In this document: in pieces, positions 1 through 14,377 of the stretch
Numbering within the stretch: the stretch's first letter is position 1
How the letters are laid out: every line of letters begins with the position of its first letter
Assembly: GCA_003427395.1 (NCBI GenBank)
Contig: BFEA01000025.1
Coordinates: forward strand, 1,292,823-1,356,822
Length of the DNA: 64,000 bases
From: Chara braunii
Taxonomy: Eukaryota; Plantae; Charophyceae
Reading direction: 5' to 3'
Translations under genes and position numbers: made by a program
Notes under the pieces: model-generated
What the model saw: only the letters and a program-made list of their open reading frames with translations
Database searches by the model: none
Told to the model about the DNA's origin: nothing

Positions 1-11
1 TTTTAATGAAC

Positions 12-620
12 TTTTTTTTTTTTTTTCTTACAAAAAAGGGGCCCTTAAGGGCTTCATTCATTATAGCAAAAAAGTAGAGGCCGGGAATTCCTCAACAAAC
101 AACCCGGAAACGTACCAAATACTGGGGGCACAGCCCAGCTCAGATATAGGCGTTGGGAGAATTAGTCTAGGGACAGAAATGGCCAAATCTGCGACCGCTG
201 CCCTGACAGTCCACAACCGTTGAAACAAACAAACAAGCCACCAAGGCCAACAAAGCCACACAATACGAAAAACGAACCACCACTCAACCTACACGCCTGG
301 AAAAGTACCAAGAACCGAGAACCTATCGGCCTATTATCTATTCGAATTTATCTACTTCCTACCAAAAACCAACAACCAAAGGGTATCAGCTCACCTAAAG
401 CCGTGATAGAGAGCTCCTACCTTACAAGGTCTCTTAAACAGTGAACGCTCCTTCCTCACTCAGGGTCCCAGCTGCCGATCTACTGCGATCCTCACAGCAA
501 CCGAGCGTCCCGGATATCCTCAACAAACAACCCGGATATAGAGGAGTATCTTGGTACCTGAGGTGAAAGGAATTATGCCTAGGGACAGAAATGGCCAAAA
601 CGTAGACCGCGACCCTGCCT
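12..620 (-). mobile_element. LINE-like 3' UTR remnant with poly(A) tail and an internal duplication
   Basis: Poly-T at 12-26. The motif cctcaacaaacaacccgga...ctagggacagaaatggccaaa occurs twice (~90-190 and ~518-600). Its first part is the reverse complement of ccgggttgtttgttgagga in the 3' UTR of the LINE at ~22964-22983. Confidence 0.55.
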
Positions 621-1127
621 CCACCTGAAAGTCCGTTTAGCGTGAGTTCACGTCGTGCAACCTTATTCTCTCATTTAGCTCAGTCCGTGTGGCCGAACAA
701 ACAAAGCGACCCATTTTTTTTGCCCCCTTCCCCAGTCGCTGCCTTACCCACGAGACGCAAACAGTAGGTGGTGGCAAACGTATCTTGCCATGTTCTCTGT
801 CAAGATGCGGACGTTTGGTGAGCACTGTGGAGAACCCCTTTCTTCCTACTACCTACTAGCTAAGTTCCTAAGTGCTTGTTCACCGCTTCGGTCTTCCTCT
901 CAACGTCTATTCCAGGGGCAAGGTACCAAATTATTGCCCGATTCTTTTTCTTTTCTCCAGCCAAACACCAAGCGATCAAAACCCTGCACAATACATTTCT
1001 CGGCCTTTTTGGCTAAGTAAGATCAAGTGTAGTATCTGTTCTGGTCAGTTTCACATCTGATCCGTGCTCCATCGGGCCACAATATATTTTATTCAAAATT
1101 CAACAAAAAAAAACCTGGACGAGGCCG

Positions 1128-1297
1128 GGGGCCAAGTCCCACTAAGCAGCGTTGAGCTACCTCAACGCCCGAATCTGGATGCTTTTGCGGAGATGTGTAG
1201 AAATGGTCATGAGTTTCCTCAACTGCACTTCTCCACAAAACACGTCCGGATTCAGGCGTTGAGGTAGTTAGCTCAACGCTGCTAGTGGGACTTCACC
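1128..1297. mobile_element. MITE family A (Tourist/PIF-Harbinger-like; TIR GGGCCAAGTCCCACTAG)
   Basis: TIRs gggccaagtcccactaagcagcgttgagcta ... tagctcaacgctgctagtgggacttc. Related copies at ~5281-5440, 7956-8052, 10886-11060, 19392-19491 and 23707-23803. Confidence 0.7.
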
Positions 1298-2694
1298 ACG
1301 GTACACTGCACGAATGGTGCTTTCATACACCTTGACGACGGGTGCAGATGGAGGCTGCAGGGTGGACGGCGGGTAGCCCCCTCGTGACCCTCTTGCAAAA
1401 GGGTAGTCCAGTCCTCCTATTTGAACGCTGGCGGCGCTGTGGCCGCCGCTGCCATATTGTTTGGAGATTGCCGGCCTAGGGCACAGCGGCTTTACAAAAG
1501 TGCTGGCGGTTCTGGGGTAAAAAAATCTAAGGTTGTCCTGAAAAAAAAAACAGTGGCTTTACAAAAATTGTAAGCCTTAGGTTCTTCAGTTAAAATAGTG
1601 GCTTTGCGGATATGATTCCCCATACTGGTGGCTAAACCACAAGCACGCTGGGCAGCCTTTTTTTTTTTTTTTTTTTTTTCAGCGCAGCGTGCATGCAGCA
1701 AGAGGAGAAATGGCTGGTGGTGCCAGCCAAAAAAAGGAGGCCTGTACTGTTAATTTTGCCGCACAGGTTGTTCCCAGCCTTGTGCCCCCACACCCCTACA
1801 ACCGTTATGAAAAAAGAGCATCGGAAGAAACGGTGGGTGGTTTCAGTAAAGGAGATGCCTTTCTCTTTACAGATACAGCTATAATAACCGGGCGATGGTT
1901 CTATTCGGGTGAAGACGGTAGTGATTGTCGCCTCAAAAAGTTTACGCCTTTCAAACTTAAGTCGTTAGCAATTTTTTTGCTTCAAAAGATTAAAAATCAC
2001 TATCACCGCCAGGCCAGGCAGAGTTAGTTATATTTTCAAAAAGGGGAAAAAAAAAAAAAAAAAGCCCTCGTCACCTTCAGAACCCCAAGGCATACGCAGA
2101 ACATTCTCGCGTGCGCGCTCTACACCTGACCAGGGAGATTGCCTACCCTAAGGATTGGTTGTGAAGGAAGCACAAATCCAGATGATGGACTGAAAAGGCC
2201 CTCTTTTTGTGTTCGGGAGGAGTCTCCGAGTCGGAGGACAACGCAAAAGAGTATGGGATCCATTGCGAGGGGGCAGAGTAATGCATGGCACACTCTCATC
2301 AGGTCTGGAAATCTGATGTCATCATGTTGTCATGTCCTCAAATGCCAACACGTACTCTCGCTGGGTCTGGAAATCTAATGCCATCATAATGCCACGTCCT
2401 AAAATGCCACCATACTACTCTACCCTTGTGCGCTAGTGGGAATTGTGGGCCTGTTAGCCCCAAAAGACTTTCCTTTTGCCCTCCCTCCCAAGCAGTGACG
2501 GAGTATTTCATTCCATCATATGACATTATTTCCTTTCAAGCCCACTTGCCTATCTCGTCCTCACCACGGCCCAATGCATGCTAAACCTTTCTATATCTAT
2601 TAGTTCAAAACTTCCAATGTTAACTAATCTCATAGTAAAGGCTTCACCTTTACTTCACATCATTTCAGCTCAGGACCTCGGCCGATCAACGAGG

Positions 2695-2830
2695 ACCCAA
2701 ATCCTCAGAGTCGTCGCTCTAGCCCATAGATGACAAGGATCCATGGCGGGGAAAAGACACAACACGTCCTCAGAGTCTTCGCTCTAGCCCATAGACGACA
2801 AGGATCCACGGCGGGGAAAAGACACAAAGC
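2695..2830. repeat. Tandem duplication of about 65 bp
   Basis: tcctcagagtc(g/t)tcgctctagcccataga..acaaggatcca.ggcggggaaaagacacaa is present twice. Confidence 0.8.
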
Positions 2831-4199
2831 GTAGTACTCCCAGCAGCAGCACGTTTCCGAGCTCTTCGGCTCCAATGTGGTGCATTGAACGCCACACAGG
2901 CTTAGTAGGGGCTTGCCCTACGAAACAAAAAGGGCTGGCATCGTCAGGCAAATTGCATGCCACACTGGTTTGACTGCTGCTTGGGGTGCAGCAAAAATTG
3001 GCACTCATGCTCTAGTGGTTTACGTGGGACCTCTATTTGCCATTTGCCAGTGTCTGAGCCTCAGTTTTCTGCCAGGCCCTTGAATTCCCAGCGCGCGGGG
3101 TGCAATTCGCATTGCGCTGCAGACCTTGGCCCAAGCGGCCCTCTTTTTTTTTTTATGAGGCTAATTCTTTAAGCCCAACCAAGTCAATTACCTGTCAAAT
3201 CTGGACAGGACGGCCTTTCAGGCCCAAGCGGCCCTCTTAGCCACCATGGTGTGTTCTTTTTTTTTTTTTTTCAGTGTTCTTTTCCGAAAACGCTGCCACA
3301 CCTGCTGGTTTTTTTTCTTTTTTTTTTTTTCAATTCTTCTCTCAATTTCACCTCACACTGCCTACCTACCACTACTCCTACTCGTAGGCATACGGGGAAC
3401 CCCGTAGCAGCCAGAACCGTGTTCACGAGAGGACATGCGGGGGCTGCTCCCGACTGCTGTTTAGGAGAGCGCTGCACTACTCTCCACATGGGCGAAGAAG
3501 AGAAAAGAGGGCAATGTACGTTTCCACGTTGTAGAGGGAAGAGTCGTTCGCATTTTGCACATTTGGAGATAGTGCTGCGAGGCGCAAGCAGTACTTCGTT
3601 CGCTCCAGGTACTACGTAGGTAGCGGAAATGGGTAGGTACCCCCAAGGTCCGCCTTCCGGCGGAGACCTCGCGTCCCGACATCGATCAGTGCCGTTGGTG
3701 CGCTAAACGCGGCGCCAGAAAAATAGATCGAGGAGAGACGGAGCGTTTCCCTTTTACTCTTCAATTACATAATATAATATATTTTTGCAAATTAGAAATC
3801 AGGCCGTTTCTTCGGCTTTTTCCCAGAAAACGCATGAACCGGCACCTCCTCCTTCGTCAGTGCGCAAAAGTCCGACTACTAACCTTTGAGTGCTTCCCAA
3901 TTGAAAAAAAAAAAAAAAAAAAAAATCTTCGAGTGCCAACCACACAGTTTTTGTTTTTCTTTCGGAGTTGCTTTTTTTTTTTCCTTTTTTTTTCTCGGGT
4001 CGAGATCCTTTTCGTTCGTCTTTATGCTATTTATGTCCAGTCGCGCAGCGCTTGCGACTCTCCGATAGTACCGCTAGGCCTCTCGCTGTTCGCCTTCTCC
4101 GGCGGAGTGCGGCAGCGAAGGGGTGTGCGGGAAGGGGGGGAAGAAAGCGCGGGCAATACGGAGGGGATACAAGTCGGGATGAAGATCCAACGGGCCACG

Positions 4200-4312
4200 T
4201 TCCTCTACTCACCACGTGCGCAAAAACAAAAAATTACGGCGGTGTATCTTTCCACTTTCCAGCGGTAAATTCATTCCCATTTTGCACATTTGGTCAGTAG
4301 TGGAGCGAAGCC
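4200..4312. mobile_element. MITE family B (about 120 bp; TIR like GCCTCGCTCCACTAC)
   Basis: Shares the core ggtgtatctttcca...cattttgcacattt...gtagtggagcga with copies at ~3470-3585, 9000-9117, 21229-21350 and 24077-24330. Confidence 0.65.
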
Positions 4313-5280
4313 TAAAAAGGAAAACAAAAAGGAATCAACAGGAATCGCGCTACAGATGGAGTAGAGGCCGCCGGCATCGTGACCGTGCGGCCGCTTCGGT
4401 TCACTATATATCCTCACGGACGAGCTTCGGTCGGACCCTGGCCTCCATGGCTGATCCGATACATCACATCCAAGTAAGGAGCTTGAGCGCGCACTCTCAT
4501 GGTAGAGTCCGAAGAGCCGTCTAAAATTAGTATCCGGATTTCGCGAAACACGGTGGCCGTTCGATGATTTCCATTCGTACGTCCCTGTGGCCGGCGTCTA
4601 GAACAATGTTCTTTATAATCTTTTTATTTAAAAACAAAAACAAATAAAACAATGTTCTCTATTCCCTCTTTTTATTTTCTCCTTTCAGATAGTAGCAGCA
4701 CTACGTACGGTAGGACTTCGCTGGACGTATCTGACCGCAAGTGCAGCCACGGGTGGATGTATCTGGCCGCAATCACCTCCACAGGAGAGTCCAAGAGATC
4801 CGAGAGTGACTTAGTATTCCCTCGGACTAATGGGAGAGTATGTCAGCTAACCCCGTACAAGCGACATAATACTCCCTCTTGGGTTTCCTGCATGCATCTG
4901 ACCGCAAAGACGGCCAGATTCTGTCAAACCGTTCGTAGATGAATACACCATGCACATAATGCATCTCGCCACCATCTTCAGAAACATGCAGACACCGTTT
5001 CTCACGTCAGCTGAATAGAGTGAAGAGGCTCTAAGGCGGATAGACATGAATCCGTTCCTCGATCTCGCTGGGACGATCTTTAACCCTATAGCCAGCGATG
5101 TACGTGAATGGGCACATACACGCAGCCGTAGCTATTGATGAATAGGTCTTGTGTTCAATTCCTAGGGACGAATACAATTTTCAGTCCAAGAGCTGTTATC
5201 TTTTTTTTTTTTTTTTTTTGTTCTTCTCTCATTCAAGTGCTGTTATCTTTTTTGTTTCTGTGTTTCCACAACTGGAGAGA

Positions 5281-5440
5281 GCGAGGTCCCACTAGCAAAG
5301 GGGATTGGATAGAGCTCCTGAATCTGGGCGTGTTTTAAGCAGAGATGCAGAAAAGCAGTTCAATTTTCATTTTCTGCACTTGCCCGCAAACGGGACCAGA
5401 TTCCGGCGTTCAATCCAAACCGCTTTGCTAGTGGGACTGG
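5281..5440. mobile_element. MITE family A copy
   Basis: Inverted ends ggtcccactagcaaag ... ctttgctagtgggac. Confidence 0.65.
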
Positions 5441-7610
5441 GGTAGGGCACTTAGCGATTTGGAAGTCCGTATGGATTCACACGTATTGCTTTTTCTATGG
5501 CTCGGCACCTACGATCGAGGCCGTGCTCCTCCTAGTCGTGAGCAAGAGGGGTGGAAAAGACTGGAAGGGAGGAAGCAGGAGAAGCAAAGCGGAGAAAGGG
5601 AAGGGGGAGGGGAAGGAGGAAGGGACGGGGAGGGGAGGGGGACAAGTAATGCTACCAGAAGAGACGGAAAGGAGGGNNNNNNNNNNNNNNNNNNNNNNNN
5701 NNNNNNNNNNNNNNNNNNNNNNNNNNNNNNNNNNNNNNNNNNNNNNNNNNNNNNNNNNNNNNNNNNNNNNNNNNNNNNNNNNNNNNNNNNNNNNNNNNNN
5801 NNNNNNNNNNNNNNNNNNNNNNNNNNNNNNNNNNNNNNNNNNNNNNNNNNNNNNNNNNNNNNNNNNNNNNNNNNNNNNNNNNNNNNNNNNNNNNNNNNNN
5901 NNNNNNNNNNNNNNNNNNNNNNNNNNNNNNNNNNNNNNNNNNNNNNNNNNNNNNNNNNNNNNNNNNNNNNNNNNNNNNNNNNNNNNNNNNNNNNNNNNNN
6001 NNNNNNNNNNNNNNNNNNNNNNNNNNNNNNNNNNNNNNNNNNNNNNNNNNNNNNNNNNNNNNNNNNNNNNNNNNNNNNNNNNNNNNNNNNNNNNNNNNNN
6101 NNNNNNNNNNNNNNNNNNNNNNNNNNNNNNNNNNNNNNNNNNNNNNNNNNNNNNNNNNNNNNNNNNNNNNNNNNNNNNNNNNNNNNNNNNNNNNNNNNNN
6201 NNNNNNNNNNNNNNNNNNNNNNNNNNNNNNNNNNNNNNNNNNNNNNNNNNNNNNNNNNNNNNNNNNNNNNNNNNNNNNNNNNNNNNNNNNNNNNNNNNNN
6301 NNNNNNNNNNNNNNNNNNNNNNNNNNNNNNNNNNNNNNNNNNNNNNNNNNNNNNNNNNNNNNNNNNNNNNNNNNNNNNNNNNNNNNNNNNNNNNNNNNNN
6401 NNNNNNNNNNNNNNNNNNNNNNNNNNNNNNNNNNNNNNNNNNNNNNNNNNNNNNNNNNNNNNNNNNNNNNNNNNNNNNNNNNNNNNNNNNNNNNNNNNNN
6501 NNNNNNNNNNNNNNNNNNNNNNNNNNNNNNNNNNNNNNNNNNNNNNNNNNNNNNNNNNNNNNNNNNNNNNNNNNNNNNNNNNNNNNNNNNNNNNNNNNNN
6601 NNNNNNNNNNNNNNNNNNNNNNNNNNNNNNNNNNNNNNNNNNNNNNNNNNNNNNNNNNNNNNNNNNNNNNGGGGAGGGGAGAAGGAAAATAAATCTAGCT
6701 TGCTGAACAGGATTCCCGACTACATGATGACGGACGGAAGAGTGGGAGGGACGGGATCGGAAGCGGGGAGGGGGAGGTGGGGGGGAGGAAGAGAAAACGT
6801 CACAAGCTTGTCGCGAGGGGAAGACACGAGTGCGGGAAAGGGCGTCAATGGCAAGGGAGGGGGCGGGCGCGCTGGCGCGCGCCGACTACGGGTAGTGGCT
6901 GCACAACGGGTACCATATCGCTGCTGCGCTGTGTTCGGTATCTCGCTCGCCAGTCAAAGCACGCGGAGCAGCGGAGAAGCGGCGAGGACGCGGCGCAGTT
7001 GTAGGTGTGGCTCCGCGTCCGTCCGTGGCACTTCCTTGGAGGATCCCGCGCGTGCACGCGGTAGTTCCCATCCTTCCGCTTTCGGCAAGGCGACAAGACA
7101 ACGGCCAAACCACGCCTTGTCCATCGAACATCGCTGGCTCGCTCGTGCACGCACAACACACCACGCGCGTGAGGGAACTCCGTCCCACACAGAGAGCGGG
7201 CAAGGGGAAGGAGCGACAAAGGCAAGCGGCCAAACGACCGAACTGCACGCGAAAGCGGTGCAGGCGCCCCAGCCTAAGGAAGAGAAATAAGACGGCCAGA
7301 AAAGCACCAAACCCACGAGCTAGACAGACCAACGACACGCCAATGAGAGTGAACTAAACGAACCCACCTAAACCCCCCCAACCCGCTCCCCTAGAGAGGT
7401 AGGGAAGAGAGCAGGAAGCAAACGAACTCGTAACACTGCGCTGCATGAGCGGCACACTACAAACTGTGCCTTTTCTAGCTCGCACTATGGTTCTACTTCT
7501 CCGTACTTCTGTCTGTGTGCGTCTGTCCGTGTGTGCGTGTGCGTGTGCGTGTGCATGTGCGTGTGCGTGTGTGTGTGCCTGTCTTGTCATAATCGCTATA
7601 CATTCAAAAA

Positions 7611-7665
7611 AAGCTTGACTGTGCCAGACTGTTTCCTCCGACTTTCACCGACTCATCAGGAGATT
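7611..7665 (-). ncRNA. Hammerhead-ribozyme-like motif (degenerate copy)
   Basis: Minus strand reads AATCTC-CTGATGA-GTCGG-TGAAAGT-CGGAG-GAAAC-AGTCTGGCACA-GTC-AAGCTT. Same family as 16685. Stem II carries mismatches. Confidence 0.4.
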
Positions 7666-7666
7666 C

Positions 7667-7759
<93 letters not shown>

Positions 7760-7955
7760 CCAGTCGCTATATTAAGGGCCCCATGAACGGCGAAACTGAT
7801 GCCAGAAGAGCGTTGCAGTTTCCTTTGAATTTCTTCCAACCCTACTTTCACACGTATTGCTACCTCAGGCTGGAAGCTGGCACCTCTGGCATGTGTGACC
7901 AGTCCTACCTTGATTCGTTGTTCACACGCTCGTACCTTTTTTCACAGGCAGTTAA

Positions 7956-8052
7956 GGGTCAGATCCCACTACCCTGGATTATTCATTTTCCACCCTAGAT
8001 TACGAAGATCAACGGTCAGAAATGAACAATAGGGGCTAGTGGGATCTGGCCC
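7956..8052. mobile_element. MITE family A copy with TAA target-site duplication
   Basis: taa|gggtcagatcccacta ... tagtgggatctggccc|taa, with TAA at 7953-7955 and 8053-8055. A 3-bp TAA TSD is typical of PIF/Harbinger. Confidence 0.75.
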
Positions 8053-10885
8053 TAAGTGCATTCATTAGCGTCGCGTAAATGATGGCATCCATTGTTTGCC
8101 ACTAGGTTCCGCACCTATTGTCACATTAATATTGTGATATTAACTTGCGAACTGTGGCCATTTTTTTTTTTCTTCTTCTTCTTTCTTACACCTTCAAGTT
8201 CATATCGACATTTTAATTTGGTTTAATTTTGAGTCTGACGACAAGACTCGTATCCAAAAACAAAAAAACAGCCTCCCAACCTCGTGCAAATGTTTAAAGC
8301 GCACAATATCCACTACCAAGTGTCCGCTATGCAGGTGGTGCGGGCTACGTCCGCAGAAATAACAAATGCAGTGGATGAGCCCACAGAAATAACAAATGCA
8401 GTGGGTGGCCTCACACTGCATTTCGGTTGGCTCACCTCCAAAATGTTCGTCTGCAGAAACAACAACACCCTACCCCGCGGCACAAACGACAGCCGCACCA
8501 GAGAAGAAAAAAGACGGAACGAAAAGAAGAAAAAAAAAGCAAAAAGAAGGGGTGACACAAAATGACAGGCAGGAGAAATGAAAAAAAGGATAACAAAAAA
8601 AAAAAGAAAAAAAAAGGAGAAGGGGGACACAAAATGAAGGCCAACCGGGGAAAACAAAACCAAAAAAAAGCCGGCTGCATATAGGATGACTCTCCTCCAA
8701 GATGTTTGTCCGCATCAACTCCAGCCGTGTGCTGCGCCCCCAGAGCGCATGCTCTCGTTTAGTGGCGCACTGTGAACATTTCGGTACGCACACCCCTCTG
8801 CACACTCCCCGGCGCTGTAAACATTTGAGTGTGCACACCCCTCTGCACACGCCCCCGCCCTGGATCACCTTCATCCGCCGCCCCTCACCAAAACTTTGAC
8901 CTGATGAATAGGGCGCGCAGCGGGTCATGGACCTCGCCCCCAGCCCCAATGCTGCTTAAGGGATAGGATACTGGCTGAGGAGCTTTTCCTTTGTTGCCCT
9001 CAGATGGCTACTCTCGACATGCACAAAAGACAAAAACCGTGCTGGTGTATCTTTCCATGTTCTAGGTCAAGATTCACTCTCGTTTTGCACATTTCGAGAG
9101 TAGTGGAGCGAGGCCCATGCAATGGTCATACGACGAACATCCTCCAAAAGTAACCATCACCCAGCATATGTTTTTCTCAAAAAAAAAAAAAAAAGGAGAG
9201 GAAGAAAAACAACAAAAAAAAGAATTTCCTGGATGGACGTATCTGAGGACAGTTTCGAAAAGATTCACTCTAGACCCAACTTCCAACCCCGATACAATCA
9301 GATGACCAGAATAGACTCACTTTGAATTTTGAATTGCCTTGGGGCGGTCAGTTCATAGATGATATCTCAAGGCAAAGACCCTGAGCGGGAAAAAAAAAGG
9401 AAAAAAAAGAAAACAAAGTTCAGAGGGGGAAAAAAGTTTAAAAAATAAATAAATAAAAAAAACTAAACAACAAAATAAGCTCCAAAACAACCCCCTGCGA
9501 ACACGCACGCCCCGAGCCNNNNNNNNCTGAGTGTTCATCCACTTTTTTTTTTTTTTTTTTTTTTTTTTTTCCATCCACTTTTTACCGCCCATGTAACGCC
9601 TTATCCGTGCATGCCAAGTCATCGCTAGTATTTTTCTTTTTTTTTTTCTTTCTTTTTTTTTCTTTTTTTTTCCCTCCTTTTCTTTTTTCTTTTTTCTTTT
9701 TTGGGTCCTACTATCCTAAGAGTCGGGACAGCCGTCCGAGGGGAGGACCATATGTAAGTCGCCTAAGAGTCGGGATGTGCGAGGCGAATAAACGGGCCTA
9801 ACTCAGTTGGTACACCCATGCACTGTTGAAATACAGATCAGAGTTCTCCACACGAATTAGTTAGAATAAAATAAATAAAAATCAACAACAGAAATCATTC
9901 AACACGAATAATCTAAGGCTTTCCGAGCAAGCAACACAAAGATTTTATTCATTATTTATTATTTTAAATTTGGTAATGGATTTATATGTTGAGTTTAGTT
10001 TTCTGCATAACATAGTTTTTTTCCCGAAAATTTCGCCTTTTTTTTTTTCTTTTTTTTGCTGGGACTTTCCGTGGTCCTTGCACGGCCGCGCCGCCCGGGA
10101 AAATAAGGTGACCCGCCGGGCGGCGGACTGTTTCTGGCATACATTGCTAATCGATCAGATGGTTCTTTTTTCCTTTTCTTCTTTTTTTTGGATGAAAGGA
10201 GGGCTTGGAAGGGAAGGTCTTTCCCAAAAAAAAAAGAAAAAAAAAGAAGGGAAGGTCTGAAAGTTGGTGCTGGCTGAAATCTTGGGACAAAAACGAATAT
10301 TTCCCTCGAGATATTCTACTAATGATTTTTCCTCCCCTCATCTTTTTCGGCTTCAGATAGAATATAGATACCTAGCTAGCACTGCTGTGGAGAGTCGCTG
10401 CTCCCCTTTTGCCTATTCCCAAATTGGCCACCTAGTAGGTGGATCTGGGAGGTCTATTTTGAAATCATTCTATTCTCCCGCGAGGGCACTGCCAGTGAGG
10501 TGGGGTACCCTCTAGGCCCCGGGGACGTAATAAAAGGCCTCCGGAAAAAAGAAACACGAAGGTGGAATTCATCAACGCTTAAGGGCCCCTCCTTTCCCCC
10601 AACCCCGTTCTTTGGATGGCCACACACTGCTCCACTAGCCTCCCGAGTCCGGGGTCCCGAGTATAGACGGGATCGGGGGACTGGCCAGTAGCAGTGAGGA
10701 GAGTCGAAGACCAATGAGGTGATTCGAAAACCGAACCCAGCAAAAAAAACGAACACCAAAAAAGAAAAAGAAAAAAGAAAAAAAAAGAGGAGGGGAAAAG
10801 AATGAAAGGAGGCTTGCCAGTGGTGGGCGTTGTGCGGGAGGAGGGGGAGTCCTGTTCGGGGAAACCGGCAGAGTGCTCTGCAGCG

Positions 10886-11060
10886 GCGAGGTCCCACTAG
10901 CAAAGGGGACTGGATCAAACAAATACTGGTTGCATCTGAACGTGTTTGTTGAAAAGTGCAGAAAATAGAGATCGAACGGCTTTTCCGTATCTCTGCTTAT
11001 CACACGTCCAGATTCAGAAAAAACTTGATCCAATCCTCTCTGCTAGCGGAACCTTGCCCC
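10886..11060. mobile_element. MITE family A copy
   Basis: gcgaggtcccactagcaaaggggactggatc ... gatccaatcctctctgctagcggaaccttgc. Confidence 0.65.
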
Positions 11061-12140
11061 ATGAATTTATTGGCAAAACACGGCCATGTTCACTTCGCAA
11101 TGAGTCGAGGTGCGAGTGTGTGCGACGCATCTAAGAAAATGCGGAAGAAAAATAATAATAAAAACTAAATCCCAAATAGGGAAATCAGGACTCATAAGTC
11201 GTGAAACATAACAGCCGAAGAAATTTGAAGCACAATGCAATGAATGCAACAAAGCACTCCAGAATCTGTCCGTTCGTANNNNNNNNNNNNNNNNNNNNNN
11301 NNNNNNNNNNNNNNNNNNNNNNNNNNNNNNNNNNNNNNNNNNNNNNNNNNNNNNNNNNNNNNNNNNNNNNNNNNNNNNNNNNNNNNNNNNNNNNNNNNNN
11401 NNNNNNNNNNNNNNNNNNNNNNNNNNNNNNNNNNNNNNNNNNNNNNNNNNNNNNNNNNNNNNNNNNNNNNNNNNNNNNNNNNNNNNNNNNNNNNNNNNNN
11501 NNNNNNNNNNNNNNNNNNNNNNNNNNNNNNNNNNNNNNNNNNNNNNNNNNNNNNNNNNNNNNNNNNNNNNNNNNNNNNNNNNNNNNNNNNNNNNNNNNNN
11601 NNNNNNNNNNNNNNNNNNNNNNNNNNNNNNNNNNNNNNNNNNNNNNNNNNNNNNNNNNNNNNNNNNNGGGGGGGGGGACCACCTTGATGAATTATGATAT
11701 CATGAACAGAATGACGAGACCCTGGAAAACATCGAACGTCCGATGAGGTAATCGATCAGATTGGCACATGCCACAAATCCCTCGCTCACCGAAACTCTAG
11801 ACTAGGATTTTACTATTCACTCTCCTTTGCCTATTCACTGAGTCGGAATCGTATGCTTGCTTATTTTTTTGGCGATCGTCGATCGATCGATTGTTAGATT
11901 CGTGAACTTCATCTCACTCATTATTTCCTCTGCTTCTCGTGACAGCCAAAAATGGAGGGCCCTAAGGAGGACAGAACAGTGGAAGAGAGGTTGCCTAAGG
12001 ATTAGCGATCGACATACCAGGACACTGTGCATATAATGGGCGCCTTTATCGCCAAACCGACCATATTCAAAGACTGCGCACAGCGGAGAACACTATCTCT
12101 GACTTTATAGACGGCCTAGCATAGAAAAATCACAACTCCA

Positions 12141-12203
<63 letters not shown>

Positions 12204-12347
12204 CTGCCCAAGGAGACTGGAGTGAATGCACGTGCTAAAAAAGAAAGGCTGGAGTGTGAACAAAAGTAAGCGGAGGAGATCAAGAGGTGAGGACAAGGAA
12301 TCGAACGAATTACGGACGCACACTGTGTGTATCGTGTGTAGAAGGGT

Positions 12348-12404
<57 letters not shown>

Positions 12405-12786
12405 AGGAGAGACGTAAAATTTGAATGACGGGGTGGTCAATGCGATAGTGGAACGGCAAAGGGACAGTTGCAGGCCTTTCAAGGCAGCATGTGACGACAA
12501 AAAGGGATAACGACAAAGTCGGGACAGATAGACAAGGGAAGGTCCTGCGTATAGCCGAAGCTATTGCAGCGATTTCCATGGATCGAACCCCCCTCGGCGC
12601 GCTTCAGACACGTGGTCGAGTAGAACAGGTTCCCGACCCTTACCTCTCCTTCCTTGACCCCTTTTTTTTCTTTTCTTCGCAATGCTTAATTGTTACTGAC
12701 CTGCAGAAGCCACAATCATTCCAATCACAACTTCCCAAGTGCACAATCGGCTGATATATACGTGAAACTAGAAAATATCCTCCACA

Positions 12787-12876
<90 letters not shown>

Positions 12877-13190
12877 GCGGGATAGAGAGCACGGAATGAC
12901 TCTGCAAGGGTATCTTCCGAACTAGGTAGGAACAGCGCTTCGCGCATGTGGGCGAAAAACGGTCTGGGTTAGACCGTTTTGGCAGGTAGCCATGCAAGCG
13001 CCGAAAACTACGCCCCTTCCATTGGAAAACTGAGCGCACACCTTTCTTTCCCCTAAAGACAGATCAGCAAGCGCTGCAGGACTACTCTGCAGTTAGGAGA
13101 TCGATAAGGGAAGGTCAAGTTGGCAGTTGGCAGGTTGATGGTGCGCAGCCCGCTAGCCAGGCAGGTGCTGAGAATGAAACAGGAAGAGAA

Positions 13191-13283
<93 letters not shown>

Positions 13284-13625
13284 NNNNNNNNNNNNNNNNN
13301 NNNNNNNNNNNNNNNNNNNNNNNNNNNNNNNNNNNNNNNNNNNNNNNNNNNNNNNNNNNNNNNNNNNNNNNNNNNNNNNNNNNNNNNNNNNNNNNNNNNN
13401 NNNNNNNNNNNNNNNNNNNNNNNNNNNNNNNNNNNNNNNNNNNNNNNNNNNNNNNNNNNNNNNNNNNNNNNNNNNNNNNNNNNNNNNNNNNNNNNNNNNN
13501 NNNNNNNNNNNNNNNNNNNNNNNNNNNNNNNNNNNNNNNNNNNNNNNNNNNNNNNNNNNNNNNNNNNNNNNNNNNNNNNNNNNNNNNNNNNNNNNNNNNN
13601 NNNNNNNNNNNNNNNNNNNNNNNNN

Positions 13626-13696
<71 letters not shown>

Positions 13697-14377
13697 TAGA
13701 CAGCAGCCGAGAAATTAAAGCACACATAATTCTTTGTTGGGATCGTTTTCTTCGAGTCCCAACGCACGTAGATGTAGGCAAGGACGGCTGTTCATGCAAC
13801 AGAAAGCGTAAAGGGGGCGTTTAACATTAGCGGGGAAAAGACCCGGAAACCACCTAATGCCAACTTTCTTCCCTGGAATATGCATGGACATCATTGACCC
13901 ATCAAGGGCCATCATGCGATGATAACGTACGATTTGGAATGCCACTTTTCTCCAAATGGATGGATTTCAAATTTGCCATAATTTATTTCCATCCTCCATT
14001 CCTAGAGAAACCACCTCCCCCTCCTCTCCTCCTCTTCCTCCTCCTCCTCCGCCTCCTCCTCCTCACCTCCCTCTATATCCCTATCGAAGCACACTGCCAC
14101 CCTTACAGTGCATATTTCCCCTCCCAAACCAAAAACAGCTCAGAAACAAACTCCAATGATATGTACGTAGTACATACTCTCACACCACTTGTCCCCCCCC
14201 ACACTCCCTGTCCCGACTGACAACACCAAGTGCGATACACATCCCTATCTTCATCGGAAGAGCTCACAATCTAACAGAGCCTAACTTCCCCTAATCTCCT
14301 TTCAGTCTTTCAGACCTAGTCACACTTAGCCATTCTCATTTGTGAAATAGCCAAACAGCACGAGGCCACCGCATTCT

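Noticed and set aside
9794-9815. tRNA A-box-like gggcctaactcagttggta
   Set aside because: No B box or cloverleaf follows.
5459-13824. Long ORFs containing X runs or RE/SL/CV/HT repeats
   Set aside because: They are artifacts of N gaps and dinucleotide repeats.
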